Positions 1 through 12,712 of a stretch of DNA of 64,000 nt are shown here, piece after piece. The DNA lies in the NCBI GenBank assembly GCA_026770705.1, contig JANJGN010000014.1, positions 129,890,001-129,954,000 of the forward strand, given 5' to 3'. The notes below the pieces were generated by a model. That model was given only the letters and a program-made list of their open reading frames with translations. It did no database searches and was not told where the DNA came from. Every line of letters starts with the position of its first letter. Position 1 is the first letter of the stretch. A program made the translations under genes and the position numbers. The stretch comes from Isurus oxyrinchus. Lineage: Eukaryota.

Positions 1-406
1 CTATACCTTTTGTGCCCTTTTAGTCTTATTTCACCACCTCCAGTAGAGCTATCTGTACCTTGCGTGTCCTGCCATCCATTCTTAATTAGCACATTCTTTT
101 AGATAATATCACCACCTTCAACACCTCTTTGTTCTTGATCTGTGACATCTTTTGATTATCTGCTCCTATCACTGCTTGCTTGTCCCTACAACCACACCCA
201 CCCCCACTTCTCTTCCCTGATGCTCCCCCCCCCACCTTAAACCAGCTTATATTTCTGCCCTCTCCTATTTTTACTTAGGGTAGGGTCATGAGGACTTGAA
301 ACATCAACTTTGTTCTTCTTCGCTGATGCTGCCAGACCTGCTGAGTTTTTCCAGGTAATTCTGTTTTTGTTTTGGATTTCCAGCATCCGCAGTTTTTTGT
401 TTTTAT
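1..406 (+). mobile_element. Penelope-like retroelement terminal fragment
   Basis: gggtcatgaggacttgaaacatcaac...gatgctgccagacctgctgagttttttccagg...atttccagcatccgcagttttttg, repeated many times in the window. Confidence 0.7.
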
Positions 407-637
407 ATTAGTGATGCTAGTTGTAGTGTTCCTGCCTGTTTAAGATCAACTGACTTAGTGTAAAGTTGGGACTTCTACGGCTTGTGTGACTCCAAGACCA
501 GCCTGGATAATATATTTATCCACCAATGCAAAAGAGGAGTGTCTGTTGAACTCCTGCATTTAGTAAGACAGTCCCTGTACAATATCTAGTTTTTGCACAT
601 TGGTAACTTCCATAATCTGTTGCAGAGCTTAAACAAG

Positions 638-1287
638 CTGACTGACTAAGATATAAGCAAAAAACTGTGAACGCTGGAAATCCAAAACAAAAATAAAAAT
701 ACCTGGCAAAACTCAGCCGGTCTGACAGCACCTGTGGAGAGGAACACAGTTAATGTTTCGAGTCCGTATGACTCTTCAACAGAACTAAGGAAAAATAGAA
801 AAGAGGTGAAATATAAGCTGGTTTAAGGGTGGGGGGGGCGGGGGTGGGGTGGGAGTGGGACAAGTAGAGCTGGATAGAGGGCCAGTGATAGGTGGAGATT
901 GCCAAAAGGACAAAGAGGTGTTGAAGGTGCTGATATTATCTAAGGAATGTGCTAATTCCTTAGATAATATCACCACCTTCAACACCTCTTTGTCCTTTTG
1001 TCTGTGACATCTTTTGACTATCTCCACCTATCACTGGCCCTCTATCCAGCTTTACTTGTCCCACTCCCCCTTAAACCAGCTTATATTTCACCTTTTTTCT
1101 ATTTTCCTTAGTTCTGTTGAAGAGTCATACGGACTCGAAATGTTAGCTGCGTTCCTCTCCGGAGATGCTGTCAGACCTGACTGACTAAGATAAAAGCAAA
1201 AAACTGCGGATGCTGGAAATCCAAAACAAAAACAAAAATACCTGGAAAAGCTCAGCAGATGCTGTCAGACCTGCTGACTGACTAAGA
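638..1287. mobile_element. Compound Penelope-like insertion with a long inverted repeat
   Basis: Arms about 720-947 and 956-1176 are reverse complements. ctgactgactaaga occurs three times (638, 1177, 1274). Confidence 0.8.
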
Positions 1288-4200
1288 GTTCCCAATAGCA
1301 CACTGATAAGAGTCCATGAAGCCAGATAAAGATAAACACTGATGATTTAAAAAAAAAACCCAGAATACTGCAGATGCTGAAATTATGAAAACAGTGTTGG
1401 AAATACTCAGCAGGTCTGGCAGCATCTGTGGAGAGAGAAACCAAGTTAATGTTTCAAGTCAAATATGACTCTTCAAGTCATGTTTCTTCCTTTAGGTTAT
1501 AGACAGGTGAACACTTGGCTTGCAGCTCAATGCAAAAACTAGGATCTTGATCCCAGATATACGTGGTTACAAAACACAAATGCTAACTTTGATTTAAAGT
1601 TGGGGGCTGGGAACTCCATTCCCAATGAGCCATGGGTCGGCTGGGAAATGGCCTCACATGCGTAGCTCATTCTCTCTCTCTATCTTCCCACGACCATCCC
1701 TCAATTAGTCGGTGAACCATGGCAAAGTGCGTTTTTTTTTTAATTATGGGTAGGACGAGGTGACAGGGTCCTAAGCCTGCCTCAGCTGGAATGGGGTCTG
1801 AACCCTGTGGTTTTCTCATTGGTCTGATCAACGTGCTAACCGCCCATCTCGCAACCCCCTCCCCAGCCCCCTTCATCATAGATTCTAGTCATTTCCCGAC
1901 AACAGGTGTTAGGCTAACTGATATTTAATTCCCCTTTTTACCTTACTTAAATAGCAGAGCAATGCATGCAATTTGTCAATCTAGACAAATGGTCTCTGAG
2001 TTTTGAGAACTGGGGCATCTGCAATATCCTGGGATGGCAACGATCTAGTGCTGGGGATTCATTTCTATTTCGAGCCATAATTTTAATATGGCTGTTATTT
2101 TGCTTGAGCCCCTATCCCTGATCCGATATTAATTTCCTTGGGATTGTCTGGCATGCTCTACTCTTCCACTAATGACGCAAAGTTTGCCATTTCCTTTATT
2201 TTCATTTTGACATCACTGTTATTAACTTTCCAGAATCCCACATGGCCAGACTCCTTTCCCTAATGCAATTGCAAACATTTTCTGTGTTAATAATGATATC
2301 CCTTTTGCAGGTTTCGTTTCACCCTCTCTTTTTATCGCTCCTGTCTGTCTCATCACCTATTTGCTGTTGCTCTTTGTAAGTCGGTCACCAGGAGTTGTGA
2401 CATTTTTACATTTTTGTATATTTTTTCTTTTAGTTCTATTTTTGTTGCCTGCCTCCTTGTGTCATCCTGGGCGGTTTATGTTATTCCTCTTGCCATGATG
2501 GGTATAAACTGGCTCTTTATCATGTCAAATTCTTTTTAGGTTACCTCCCATTGATCGTCTGCCATTTTACCCACTAATAGATTTGTCCAAACTTGTTTTA
2601 ATCCAGATTAGTTTCCCAATGATTTTAAAAGGAGTTTACACCATATTTTTTTTTTTTACAGGATTGGTAGCCCATGGTGAGGAATATAACAGAACATTGC
2701 TGGGTTGTTAAACTTAAATCTGTGATCACCATTACAATTACAATATAATGTATTTATATAGTCTTCCTGCAACTTTAATTCTTAAGTTTGGATGTACACA
2801 TGATAGAAGTTAAGCTAAGTGGCACTTGAAAGCATAATTCAATGCTAAGGCAATATGCTTTCTATTTCTAGGCTTCAACCTAATCTCATCTTTTGTGATA
2901 CTTCATTCAGTGGGATTTTCCATCTTGTTGAAAATGTGCTAGAAAGTGATTTAATGAATATTAACAGCAACAGCACCCCATCCATCCCTTTGAAGATTCA
3001 CTTCCACCACCGACACACAATGGCAGCAGTGCAAGATGCACTGCAGCAACTTGCCAAAGCTCTTTCGCCAGCACCTTCCAAACCCTGAACTCTACCACCT
3101 AGAAGAACAAGGGCAGCGGGTGCATGAGAACACCAACACCTGCAAGTTCCCCCGAAGTCGCTTATCACCCTGACCCACCATTTGTTACTTCTTCGCCGGG
3201 CTGAAACCCAATAACCCCTCCCTAACAGCGCTGTGGGTGTACCTACACCACATGGACTGTGGGGGTTCAAGAAAGTGACTGACCACCGACTTCTCAAGGG
3301 CAATTGGGGATGGATAATAAATGCTGGCCTAGCCAGCAATGTTCATATCCCAAGAACGAATAAAAAAAATTATATATGTTATGCATTATGCTTTCTTATA
3401 TTGTTTACCGTTTGTGTACACCCAAAGCTATTAAAGCTTCAAGTTGCGCAAGATCTTTAAGTTCCCTGAATTGTAATAACTTGGATTGTATCAGTTGCCT
3501 CAAGATGTTGTTCCCCCCAATTTCATTGAAATATCACATGTTTAAAGCAAATTGCGTCACCACCCAAATATTTCAAATCTGATTGGTCTTGGTTTCACAT
3601 TTAACCTACAAATGCTAATTTACTAGATATCCTAAATGGGGTCTGAGCAGCACCTGTGAAGCCTGATCTTTCAAGCCATAAAGCACGTTATGTCCAATTT
3701 TAGATGCAGTCTAATACAGCTGTTCCTCCATCCCTACCATTTCAGTAGGGCGGCACTTGCACTGGACTGCTTGTACAATGCAGAGATCCAGTTCGGTATT
3801 GAGTGCAATGCATGGAGTGGTCAGACTTAAGCTGACAGCTGAGTCATGGGCCATTTCTGTTGATCTAGAATGCCATTGGCTCCCATACAATCAATTAGTT
3901 CAGATGCAGCACAGGATATGTGCAATTGACTAAGCTCTCCTTTTTCAGTGCAAGAACACTTATCTACTGCTCCCTAAATAATACTGAGTCTGAATTGTGC
4001 ATTTAGTGTGGTTTCTGTTGCAGCCAGTTCCAATTTACCACAATTGTGAGAAGGACGACATAGAGAATAGGCTAGAGAGTGGAAAACTACCTCGCAAGCC
4101 TGTTCAGGGAGGTTTGATGCACTAGTTGGTCAATGACCAAAAAATTAAGCCAGTTGCAACAGTATTCTGTTCATGTGGCCACCATCTAACTGCAGAACAG

Positions 4201-4319
4201 TTTTTGTTCACACCTGGTCTCTGCTGCAGCAGCACCGCCTTGTTTATATGTTGGTTTACAATTGATAATGGAACTGCTGTCAATGGCACAAACAATCTAT
4301 GTGCAGCATTGTCAGACGT

Positions 4320-5505
4320 ACTTCAGTTGGTAGAACTCTTGCCACTTGAGTCAGGAGGTTGTGGATTCAAGTCACGCTCCAGAGATTTGAACCTGATGCT
4401 CCAGTGCCGTACTTGGGGAGCACTTCATTGTTGGAGGTGGCATCCCTTTGGATGAGACGTTAAAGCTAGGCCCAATCTGCCCCCTCAGGTGGTTATAGAT
4501 AGGTACAAAAAAAAATCCTGTCTCACGATTTGCGTAGAGCACGGGGGGCAAAATTTAACCTTCGCGCCACCCTCCTGCCTGGTCCCAACCTGTCAGCAAT
4601 GCAATGGAGGAGTGGTGTAGGTGAGGCTTAGAGCAGCTGGCCCACCCGTGCTCCAACTGAGGCACTTGTGTGGCCAATTTTTGGTCACTTGAGGTCCCCT
4701 TCCCACCCATTCTCATGAAGCTGGCAAGATGGGGTGGGGGGTGCGGGGTGGCATGAGAAGGCCTGGCAGGTTATCCTGCTTGGGCCTCCAGCAAGAAAGA
4801 GTTGAGCCTCCATCACTGGACCCCTTTCCCGATCAGTGCTCCTCTCTTTTTTTCCAAGCCCCCGCCACCCCCCCCACCCCACCACCTCTCCATCAAGACC
4901 CAAACCCCCCCCCCCCACCTCTCCACCACTCATCCTAACTGCAACATCCTCACCCCCCGCCCCCCCCCCCCCCCCCCCCCCACCACCCCACCGTGCACCC
5001 CCAACCCTGGAACTTACCTTCAACCAGGTTCTGGGGCTGACTTGTGAGACTGCTTGTAGTTGAATAGCAGTAGTGCTCACTGCTCCCAGTGACGCTGCTG
5101 GGACTGGAGCTGCTAGCCAATCGGTTTAGCCGACTGGTCTCTGAGGAAGGACTTCCTTCCGAGTGAGAGACTGAAGTCTCACCTTCAGGCAATTAGTGCT
5201 CCTCGGAGCATTAAAGAGCTGAGGGACAGCCGACTTTGGTGAGGATGCATTCCACGCCAACTCTTTGGGCGGTGGTTGTTTGGGGGGAACCCTCCAATTG
5301 GTTAAATTCTGTCCCAGGTGTTCTGATCAATACCTAACTCTCAAATGACATCGCTAAAGCAGATTATCTGGTTGTTATCACATCGCTTCTGGGAGCTTGC
5401 TGTGCATGAATTGGCTTCCACGTTTCTTACATTACAACAGCGACTGCGTTTCCAAAGCACTTTATTGTCCGTAAAAGTGCCAAGGTTGTAAAAGGTGCTG
5501 TATAA
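4320..5505 (+). mobile_element. DeuSINE (SacSINE1/AmnSINE1-like), split by a MITE
   Basis: tRNA-like head tcagttggtag...ggattcaagtc, Deu-domain-like ctttggatgagacgttaaa, L2-like tail gtttcttacattacaacagcgactgc. Confidence 0.7.
4545..5315. mobile_element. TIR MITE (Harbinger-like) inserted in a DeuSINE
   Basis: ggggcaaaatttaacc ... ggttaaattctgtccc inverted ends. The SINE sequence resumes after 5315. Confidence 0.7.
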
Positions 5506-5510
5506 TAATT

Positions 5511-5614
5511 GGGGTGGGATTTTCCGGCCCCTCCCACTGCCAGGATCGCCCGGTCTCGCCGAAACTCAGTGGACTTTTGACTGCTCCAGGTTGGATCCTG
5601 GAAAATCCCAGCCA
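5511..5614. mobile_element. Short MITE
   Basis: gggtgggattttcc ... ggaaaatcccagcc inverted termini. Confidence 0.65.
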
Positions 5615-6079
5615 TTGTGCCTGTTTTGCCCTGTTTACTCATTGTTTCAACATAGCTCCCAGCAATATCCTCCACTGTGCTCAAGGTTACCGGTTCAATA
5701 TGAAGTGTGACACTTGAATTTTGCTGTGATGCAATCATTCCTTATGTCAACTGTTTAGATTCCATTTTATTGCACTCAGTAGAAACACTGGGCTGGATTT
5801 TCATCTCTGAGGCAGGGATTGGGAGTCTGGAACTGTCTGGGCACCGCAACCCTGCCTCTAACCTGGCAGTGCCTGCCTGACATATTTCTCTAGGAACCAG
5901 GCGCAGGCTGGAAATGGGCTTGTCTTCCAGGGTGAGCCATTTAGAAGCCCCACTTCCATCTGCCCAGGCATCAGCCCAGTTCTCAAGGTGGGTGTTAAGA
6001 GTCCCTCACCCTCACCCATATCCAGGGTGACGAAGTGCCCCGTATTTTGACTGCTTGACCCATGCCCCTTAAGGGGAAG

Positions 6080-6277
6080 GAAAACAATAAATGCTGGTCT
6101 GACAGCATCTGTGGAGAGAAAGACAGGGTTGACGTTTCGAGTCCGTATGACTCTTCTTCAGAGTGAAGAAGAGTCACCTCCGATGAGTAAGTGTCATACG
6201 GACTTGAAACGTTAATTCTGTCTTTCTGTCCACAGATGCTGCCAGACCTGCTGAGTTTTTCCAGCATTTTTTGTTTG
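6080..6277. mobile_element. Penelope-like inverted terminal pair nested in the Harbinger remnant
   Basis: cagcatctgtggagag..gacgtttcgagtccgtatgactc / gtcatacggacttgaaacgttaa..ccacagatgctg. Confidence 0.7.
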
Positions 6278-6487
6278 TGGGGTGAGTTGGGGGGGCAGAT
6301 GTTGATCTGTGCAAGTGGCTGAGGAGGCAGCCTCCAGAGAAGATGAGGCCAGATGGAGATGTGAGGGGGTGTGTGAGAGAGAGAGAGAGAATGGTGATGT
6401 CTGTTGAGCTGGCGGTGAGTGAGATGCCAGGGAATGTGTGATGGGCTCGAGTATGTGAGTTTAGAGTGATGAGAGGGTTTCCTTACC

Positions 6488-6710
6488 TGGCCACACAGAT
6501 GAGATCATTCAACCTCTTTCTGCACTGGATGGCCAACCTCTTCTGTGCAGCATTGGCACTGACCACCGCTGCCACCACCTCCCAAGCCAGAGTGATGAGA
6601 TTGCTGGACCTCGTGCAGCCAGAGCGCGGTGGGGGTTGGAGGACATCACAGCGGGCCTTCAAAAGGCATTCCAGTGATGGGTCACTGAACTCTTCTTGGC
6701 TTCCAGGGCT
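6488..6710 (-). pseudogene. Myb/SANT-like DNA-binding ORF exon of a PIF/Harbinger transposon remnant
   Basis: FSDPSLECLLKARCDVL...AWEVVAAVVSANAAQKRLAIQCRKRLNDLICVAR, followed by donor CAG|gtaagg. Matches the Harbinger ORF2 / NAIF1-type motif AWE.IA..V.A....RT..QC.KKW.DL. Confidence 0.75.
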
Positions 6711-7663
6711 CTGTCTTCACAGGAGCAGTCCTGAGCTGCAAATATTGAGAACTGTGTGCGCGGCTACAGTTTAGATATAGTGCCCGGAGTGAGGAACCGG
6801 TGTGGTAACGGCATGGCGGGCGGTTCAGAGGCCACCCGCCAGCGAGGTGGCGTGATTCATGTGGCTGCATAATTAACGAGGCAGGAAGCAGATGATTTGG
6901 TGCGAAAACTCACCATTGTAGCCGGCGGGTAAAACATCTTTTTGTGCGCCCGCTACAGCACTCAATGCAATTCTGGGATGATTCTGCAATTCTGCGATGA
7001 TTCTGCAGTGTCTCTTCGGTTACCTAGTTCCAAAGCTCCCTACTTACACCTCTCCGCCTCTCTACCTCAGCTTCCTCCTTTTAAGCCGATTCTTAGAATG
7101 ACTCTTAGGTCACATGACCAAAAGTTACCAAATACTTCCTTATGTGGCTTGGTGTCATAATTTGTTCCATAATGCTTCTGTGAAGTGCCCTGGGATGTTT
7201 CATTATGTTAATGGAGCTATAAAAATGTAGGTTGTTGTTCTGAAATGAAATGGACAGACATATGGCAAAGGGAATTTAACATGGATAGAAGAGGTACATT
7301 TTTGTTAGGGAGAATGAAGAGAAATGATATGAACTAAATTATACAGTTTTAAAGGAGGTGCTTGAACAGAGACGTCTTGAGGATATATGTACACAACTCT
7401 TTGAAGGTGGCAGGACCAGATGAAGAGGCGGTTTTAAAAATGTGTGGTATCCTTGGCTTTATTAATGGTGGTATTATTTTGTGATTATTCCTTGCTGAAC
7501 ATTTTGTTTTGATGATGCCCAACCAAAACAGTTAATGTCATGTTGGATCACCCTCTATAAAAAGAGCCTTGTGAATATTTGGGTAGGAACAGGATTACAA
7601 GTTCTGAGAAGATTGTAGAGAAATATTTTTGCAGGACTATTGCTAATGCCATGGCAATGTTTT

Positions 7664-8200
7664 TTTTTTTATTCGTTCATGGGATGTGGGCATCACTGGC
7701 TGGGCCAGCCTTTATTGCCCATCCCTAAATGCTCTTAGTAGGTGGTGGTGAGCTGCCTTCTTGAACCGCTGCAGCCCATGTGGTGTAGGTACACCCACGG
7801 TGCTGTTAGGGAGGGAGTTCCAGGATTTTGACCCAGTGACAGTGAAGGAACGGCGATATATTTCCAAGTCAGGATAGTGAGTGGCTTTGAGGGCAACTTC
7901 CAGGTGGCGGTGTTCCCATCTATCTGCCGCCTTTGTCCTTCTAGATGGCAGTGGTCATGGGTTCGGAAGATGCTGTCTAAGGAGCCTTGGTGAGTTGCTG
8001 CAGTGTATCTTGTGGGTGGTACACACTGCTGCTAATGTGCTTCGGTGATGGAGGGAGTGAATGTTTGTGGATGGGGTGCCAATCAAGTGGTCTGTTTTGT
8101 CCTGGATGGTGTCAAGCTTCTTGAGCGTTGTTGGAGCTGCACTCGTCCAGGCAAGTGCGGAGTATTCCATCAAACTCTGACTTGTGCCTTGTAGATGGTC
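7664..8200 (-). mobile_element. CR1-superfamily LINE 3' fragment (family sharing its tail with the SINE)
   Basis: MEYSALAWTSAAPTTLKKLDTIQDK..SLHHRSTLAAVC..LLRQHLPNP. Other copies at about 2970-3370(+), 21750-22050, 43310-43705(+), 44990-45390, 46195-46600 and 47680-48340. Confidence 0.8.
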
Positions 8201-8826
8201 GATGTCAGAGCAAAGAAACCAACTGGCTTGGAAATATATAATGTATAAGACTGGATTTTAAATTGATTTTCTTTTCAAGAGCTTTGCTTGACCTAGTTAC
8301 TAGGAAGTTCAAGGGATACTTGAATCAATTTATTTAATCTTCTGAGGAAATGTCTCAAGACTCTACAGAACAGAGAATGAACCTGGTCAATAGTGTGAAT
8401 ATTGGGGAAAATAAAGTGTATAAAAAGACCATCTTGTCTTTCCTTCTCTTTCATAGTCTTTGCAAAATGCGGCCCCAAGGAAGGTTTTATAACAATGCCA
8501 AATATATTGACTTTCCTTCTTTCTGTTCTTGATCCTCTGGTAGAAAGGGATGGCTTACTCCTTTCTAACATCCAGCGCCTCAAACCTGTTGTGCTATTCA
8601 CTGAGATCATGATTGATCTGTGATCTAATGTTCAGAGACACAGATGTGTCTGAATGCTTTGGAGGATTTGTCAGAGATACAATCAACCAGGGCTTTTATC
8701 TTTCTTTTCTTACTTTCCCTTTTCATTCCCTGCAAACTCCCCGCCAAGCTAATTTTCTTCTAGTCTAGTCCTTGTGTGTGTGTGTACCTTTCTTTCTTTC
8801 TATCTCTCTATCAATCAATCTGTCTA

Positions 8827-8828
<2 letters not shown>

Positions 8829-8885
<57 letters not shown>

Positions 8886-8908
8886 ATCAATATATATATA
8901 TATATATA
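8829..8908. repeat. (TA)n microsatellite
   Basis: Directly visible. Confidence 0.95.
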
Positions 8909-11049
8909 ATTCTATATGGACCTATGTCCCTGCCTAAACAATCATACTCCTTTTCTCTTGATTGGAGAGCTTGACCTTCTCTAACCTAAGGCTCATGATA
9001 GCCCTAGATGACATGATATCCAGCTGATTTTAATTCGTTTCCCCTCTTGAGAGTTCTTGGACAAGTGTTTTCAGCCAAAGTTTCTGTTTTCTAAACAAAG
9101 GCGATGCAGTTGAATAGATCGAATAACCATGTTTTTGGACTGTTTAAATAGCTTTGGCTCAAGGCTAGTATTTGAAAATGCATCTTTAAAAGACTGAGTT
9201 CATTGTCTGAAGAAATGCACCAGAGTTGGGTCACGTCTCTGCACTCTAGCTTCAGGATGTTTGCAGGACTAGTCAGACAAGGAGAGTTTCCTGTTTTGTT
9301 TCATCCTAGTTTATAATGTGAAGTACAACGACTTTGCTTAAATGTAGGCAAACATGCACGCTGAATGTTTTGGAAATGACTTTTCTGGCTTACATGAGAG
9401 TTTAAAAATATTTACCTCACAAAAAAATAGCAAAATAATTATTAAAAAGCTAACGTTAGTAATTAATTATTGTTTTGAAAGGAGGCAAACTGGTTTGTAT
9501 GTCTCCTGTTGACAAGCTTTCCATAAAATTTATTGTTTTTATATGTTTTCTCAGGGTCCCGCCCTGATTAATTGGAAAATACTGCAATCTGTGGTGAACT
9601 TCTGGTAGACGTTGAATACTGTGGAAACGAATTATGTTTTTCAGCTCGGAAGGAATTTTGATCTGCTTTGCTATATGGCCAAAATGAGGCAGGTTTAAAC
9701 AAAATACATCAGATTTCTTTTAAAGAAAATTGTACAAAATGTTGCTGACTTTTAAACTGGTCTCATATGGATTCCTAGCAGTTCACTTAAATTAGTTGAA
9801 ATATGACTACTAGTTCCTTCAGATAAGCTTTCAGTGTAGGACATTTAAGCATTTGTGTAATCTAGAACTCAATGATTCAAGTCCCTCTGCACAGCTGTGA
9901 CCAGCCTTCCAAGATTCTCTTCCTTGTCTTCAAGTTCCTCTCTGATCATCTCCTGCTCCATGTAGCTGCACTGATCTCCGATCCCTCCACTCCAGTGTTG
10001 AAGGCTGATTTTCTGATCCTGTATATCTCTCCTCTCCGGAATTCTCTGCTCTAAATCCACCTCACATCCCTTGTCTTTTATTAAAACAAGTAAAGACTTT
10101 TGACTCTTCTCTCCAGCGTCTTTCTCTCTTTTATCTGCACTGTTCTCTACACTATTAATTGTCTGTCATGGTTACCTGCACAGTGCTTGTTATAGTTAGT
10201 ATTATAAAAGCTTGTTATAGTTAGTATTGTCGTTCATATTTTTTTAAAAGTCTAATTTTGATTTCAGCCAATGAGGGCATCATCAGGGATAAGGAATTTT
10301 ACATGTACATATTTACCCATAATTTTTTTCAGCAGCGATGAAGATATAGATCTGTACGCTAATGTTCCATTTTAACATGCTACAAAATATGCCTCGCCCA
10401 TTTGTACCTATCATTCCTTGTTGGTAATTCAGTTTGTTGTGTACAGCACATTTAATGAGTTTAATGAGTCATAAAAATACCTGGCATACTTATTGACGAT
10501 TTAGACCAGCCACTGTGTTAAATAGGCTTCCCTCAAGCCTCAGTCAGTAGCCATATTGGCTAGCTTCCCCAATTTACTCTATATTAAAAGAGCTATAAAA
10601 TTACCAAATTATTTTTCCTGTTCACACCTGGTGAACAGTGATTGTGTAGATGGCAAGTAAATACTGGATTTGGCTCCACCCAAGCTGAGACCGCGCACCA
10701 ATGGGCACAAGCCAGCCACTGATACCTCATGCCCAATGGATCAAATTTTATTGCCATGTGTCTATGAAGGTACTGGTGACTGTAATCTAGTGCTTGCTAT
10801 GGAGGAAGACAGAGAAAATCAAATGATATTCTTTTCCACTCGAGGCAAGGGCGAAACTGCTCATTTTAATTAGATAATTAATTTGTCACTTTTTGGGAAA
10901 CAGTTCGGTGAATGACCTGAATTCCTTTCTGGCAAGGGCAAGATCTTGCTTTTCTAAGTTCTCTCTTATTTATTCATTGAAGTATTTTCTTACCGTTCAG
11001 AGATAAAAGTTGGACTTTGCCGACTGGGTGAAGGAAATTGACTGCATAT

Positions 11050-11405
11050 AGGGCTGTTTTCCTTAGAACAGAGGAAGCTGAGGGGTGACCTCACTGATGT
11101 GTACAAAGTTGAGGGGCCTAGATAAGGTAGACAGGAAACACTTGTTTCCCCTAGCTGAGGGGTCAATTACCAGGGGCCATCGATTTAAGGTTATTAGTAG
11201 AAGGATTAGAGGGGACATGAGGAAAAACTTTTTCATGCAGAGGGTGGTGGACGTCTAGACTTCACTGTCTAAATTGGTGGTTGAGGCTGAAACACTCAAC
11301 TCATTTAAAAGTGCTTGGATCTGCACCTGAAATGCCATTACTAGCAAGGCTATGGACCGATGGGCTGAATGGCCCCTTTCTGCATTGTAACATTTCTATG
11401 GTTCT
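11050..11405 (+). mobile_element. CR1 LINE 3' fragment
   Basis: ttagaacagaggaagctgaggggtgacctc... and CR1 tail gggctgaatggccc. Confidence 0.8.
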
Positions 11406-11899
11406 ATCTTTATCTGCTCTGCATGCTGTGCCAGTTATCATTCGCAAATGGGGGTAAAGCACACCGCCATTGTCAAATATACACGTGTGCAATGGCATTT
11501 GTTGCCCCTATTTGTGAGCTCACAATCGGAACAACCAAATTTGTGGCCGTGGTGATTTACCTTCCCGATGTCCAATCCACTTGTTGTTCTGAAAATTGCC
11601 ATGGACAGGTATTCAGCATCAATAGATGAAGTCAGGGTGGTGAATGCTCAGTCAGTAATTACAACGCATTACCAAGACCTGCAAGGCCACACAGAATGCA
11701 AAAACCTTTCCATTGTATCTTAGCCAACTAAATAGGACTCTCTTATGCTCTAGGGCATGCATATGTACAGGAAAATCACCAAGGAAGTTTGAAAATCCAA
11801 CAACTTACATTTCTGTTGCACCTTTAACATAATAAACATCCAAAGACACTTCATAGGAACGTTACAGAACAAAATATAACACTCAGCAATGTACAAATG

Positions 11900-12428
11900 A
11901 ACATAGGAGCATTAGTAGACCCCTTGGCCCCTCGATCCTGCTCCGCCATTCAATAATATATTGGCTGATATGATTGTAACCACCCGCCTATCCCCGATAA
12001 CCTTTCACTCCCTTATTTATCAAGAATTTATCTAGCTCTGCCTTAAAAATATTCAAAGACTCTGCTTCCACTGCCTTTTGAGGAAGGGGGTTCCAAAAAC
12101 TCACCACCCTCAGAGAAAATATTTCTCCTCATCTCTGTCTTAAATGGGTGACCCCTTATTTTTAAACAGTGACCCCTAGTTCTAGATTGTCCCACAAGAG
12201 GAAACATCCTCTCCACATCCACCCTGTCAAGACATCTCAGGATCTTATATGCTTCAATCAAGTTGCCTCTTACTCTTCTAAACTCCAGTGGATACAAGCC
12301 TAGCCTGTCCAACCTTTCCTCATAAGACAACCCACACGTTCCTGGTGTTAGTCTAGTAAACCTCTGAACTGCTTCCAATGCATTTACATCTTAAATTAGG
12401 AGATCAATACTGTACACAGTACACAGCA
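11900..12428 (-). mobile_element. CR1 LINE 3' fragment
   Basis: ORF 12043-12378: EAVQRFTRL..SYEERLDRLGLYPLEFRRVRGNLIE. Confidence 0.88.
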
Positions 12429-12559
12429 TCTTAAAGGACAAAAGCAAGATAGAAGTGGAAAGGGTTAGGGAGAGTATGCCATAGCTTTGGGGCTATACAG
12501 CTGAAAAGCACAGGCATCAATGGTGGAGCGATTAAAATTGGGGATGCTGCTGCTTCTTG

Positions 12560-12712
12560 ATTTCTCTGCTTGAAGGCAGGTCCGACCCACAACCATGACG
12601 TCCACCATGGAGGGCAAGGAGGCAGTCCCCGAATCCACCCCACCAGAATGGGGATCGAACCCCATGCTATTGGCGCCAACCTGATGCACAGCAGCCAACT
12701 GAGCCAACCACC
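12560..12712 (-). mobile_element. Short tRNA-derived SINE
   Basis: Minus strand TGGCTCAGTTGG (A box) ... GGTTCGATCCC (B box), no intact cloverleaf. Confidence 0.6.

Noticed and set aside
4685-5192. Pro/Gly-rich ORFs (also 15258-15806, 24012-24426, 37750-38069, 38585-38829)
   Set aside because: They arise from poly-C/G tracts, (CA)n and MITE interiors, with no splice or domain support.
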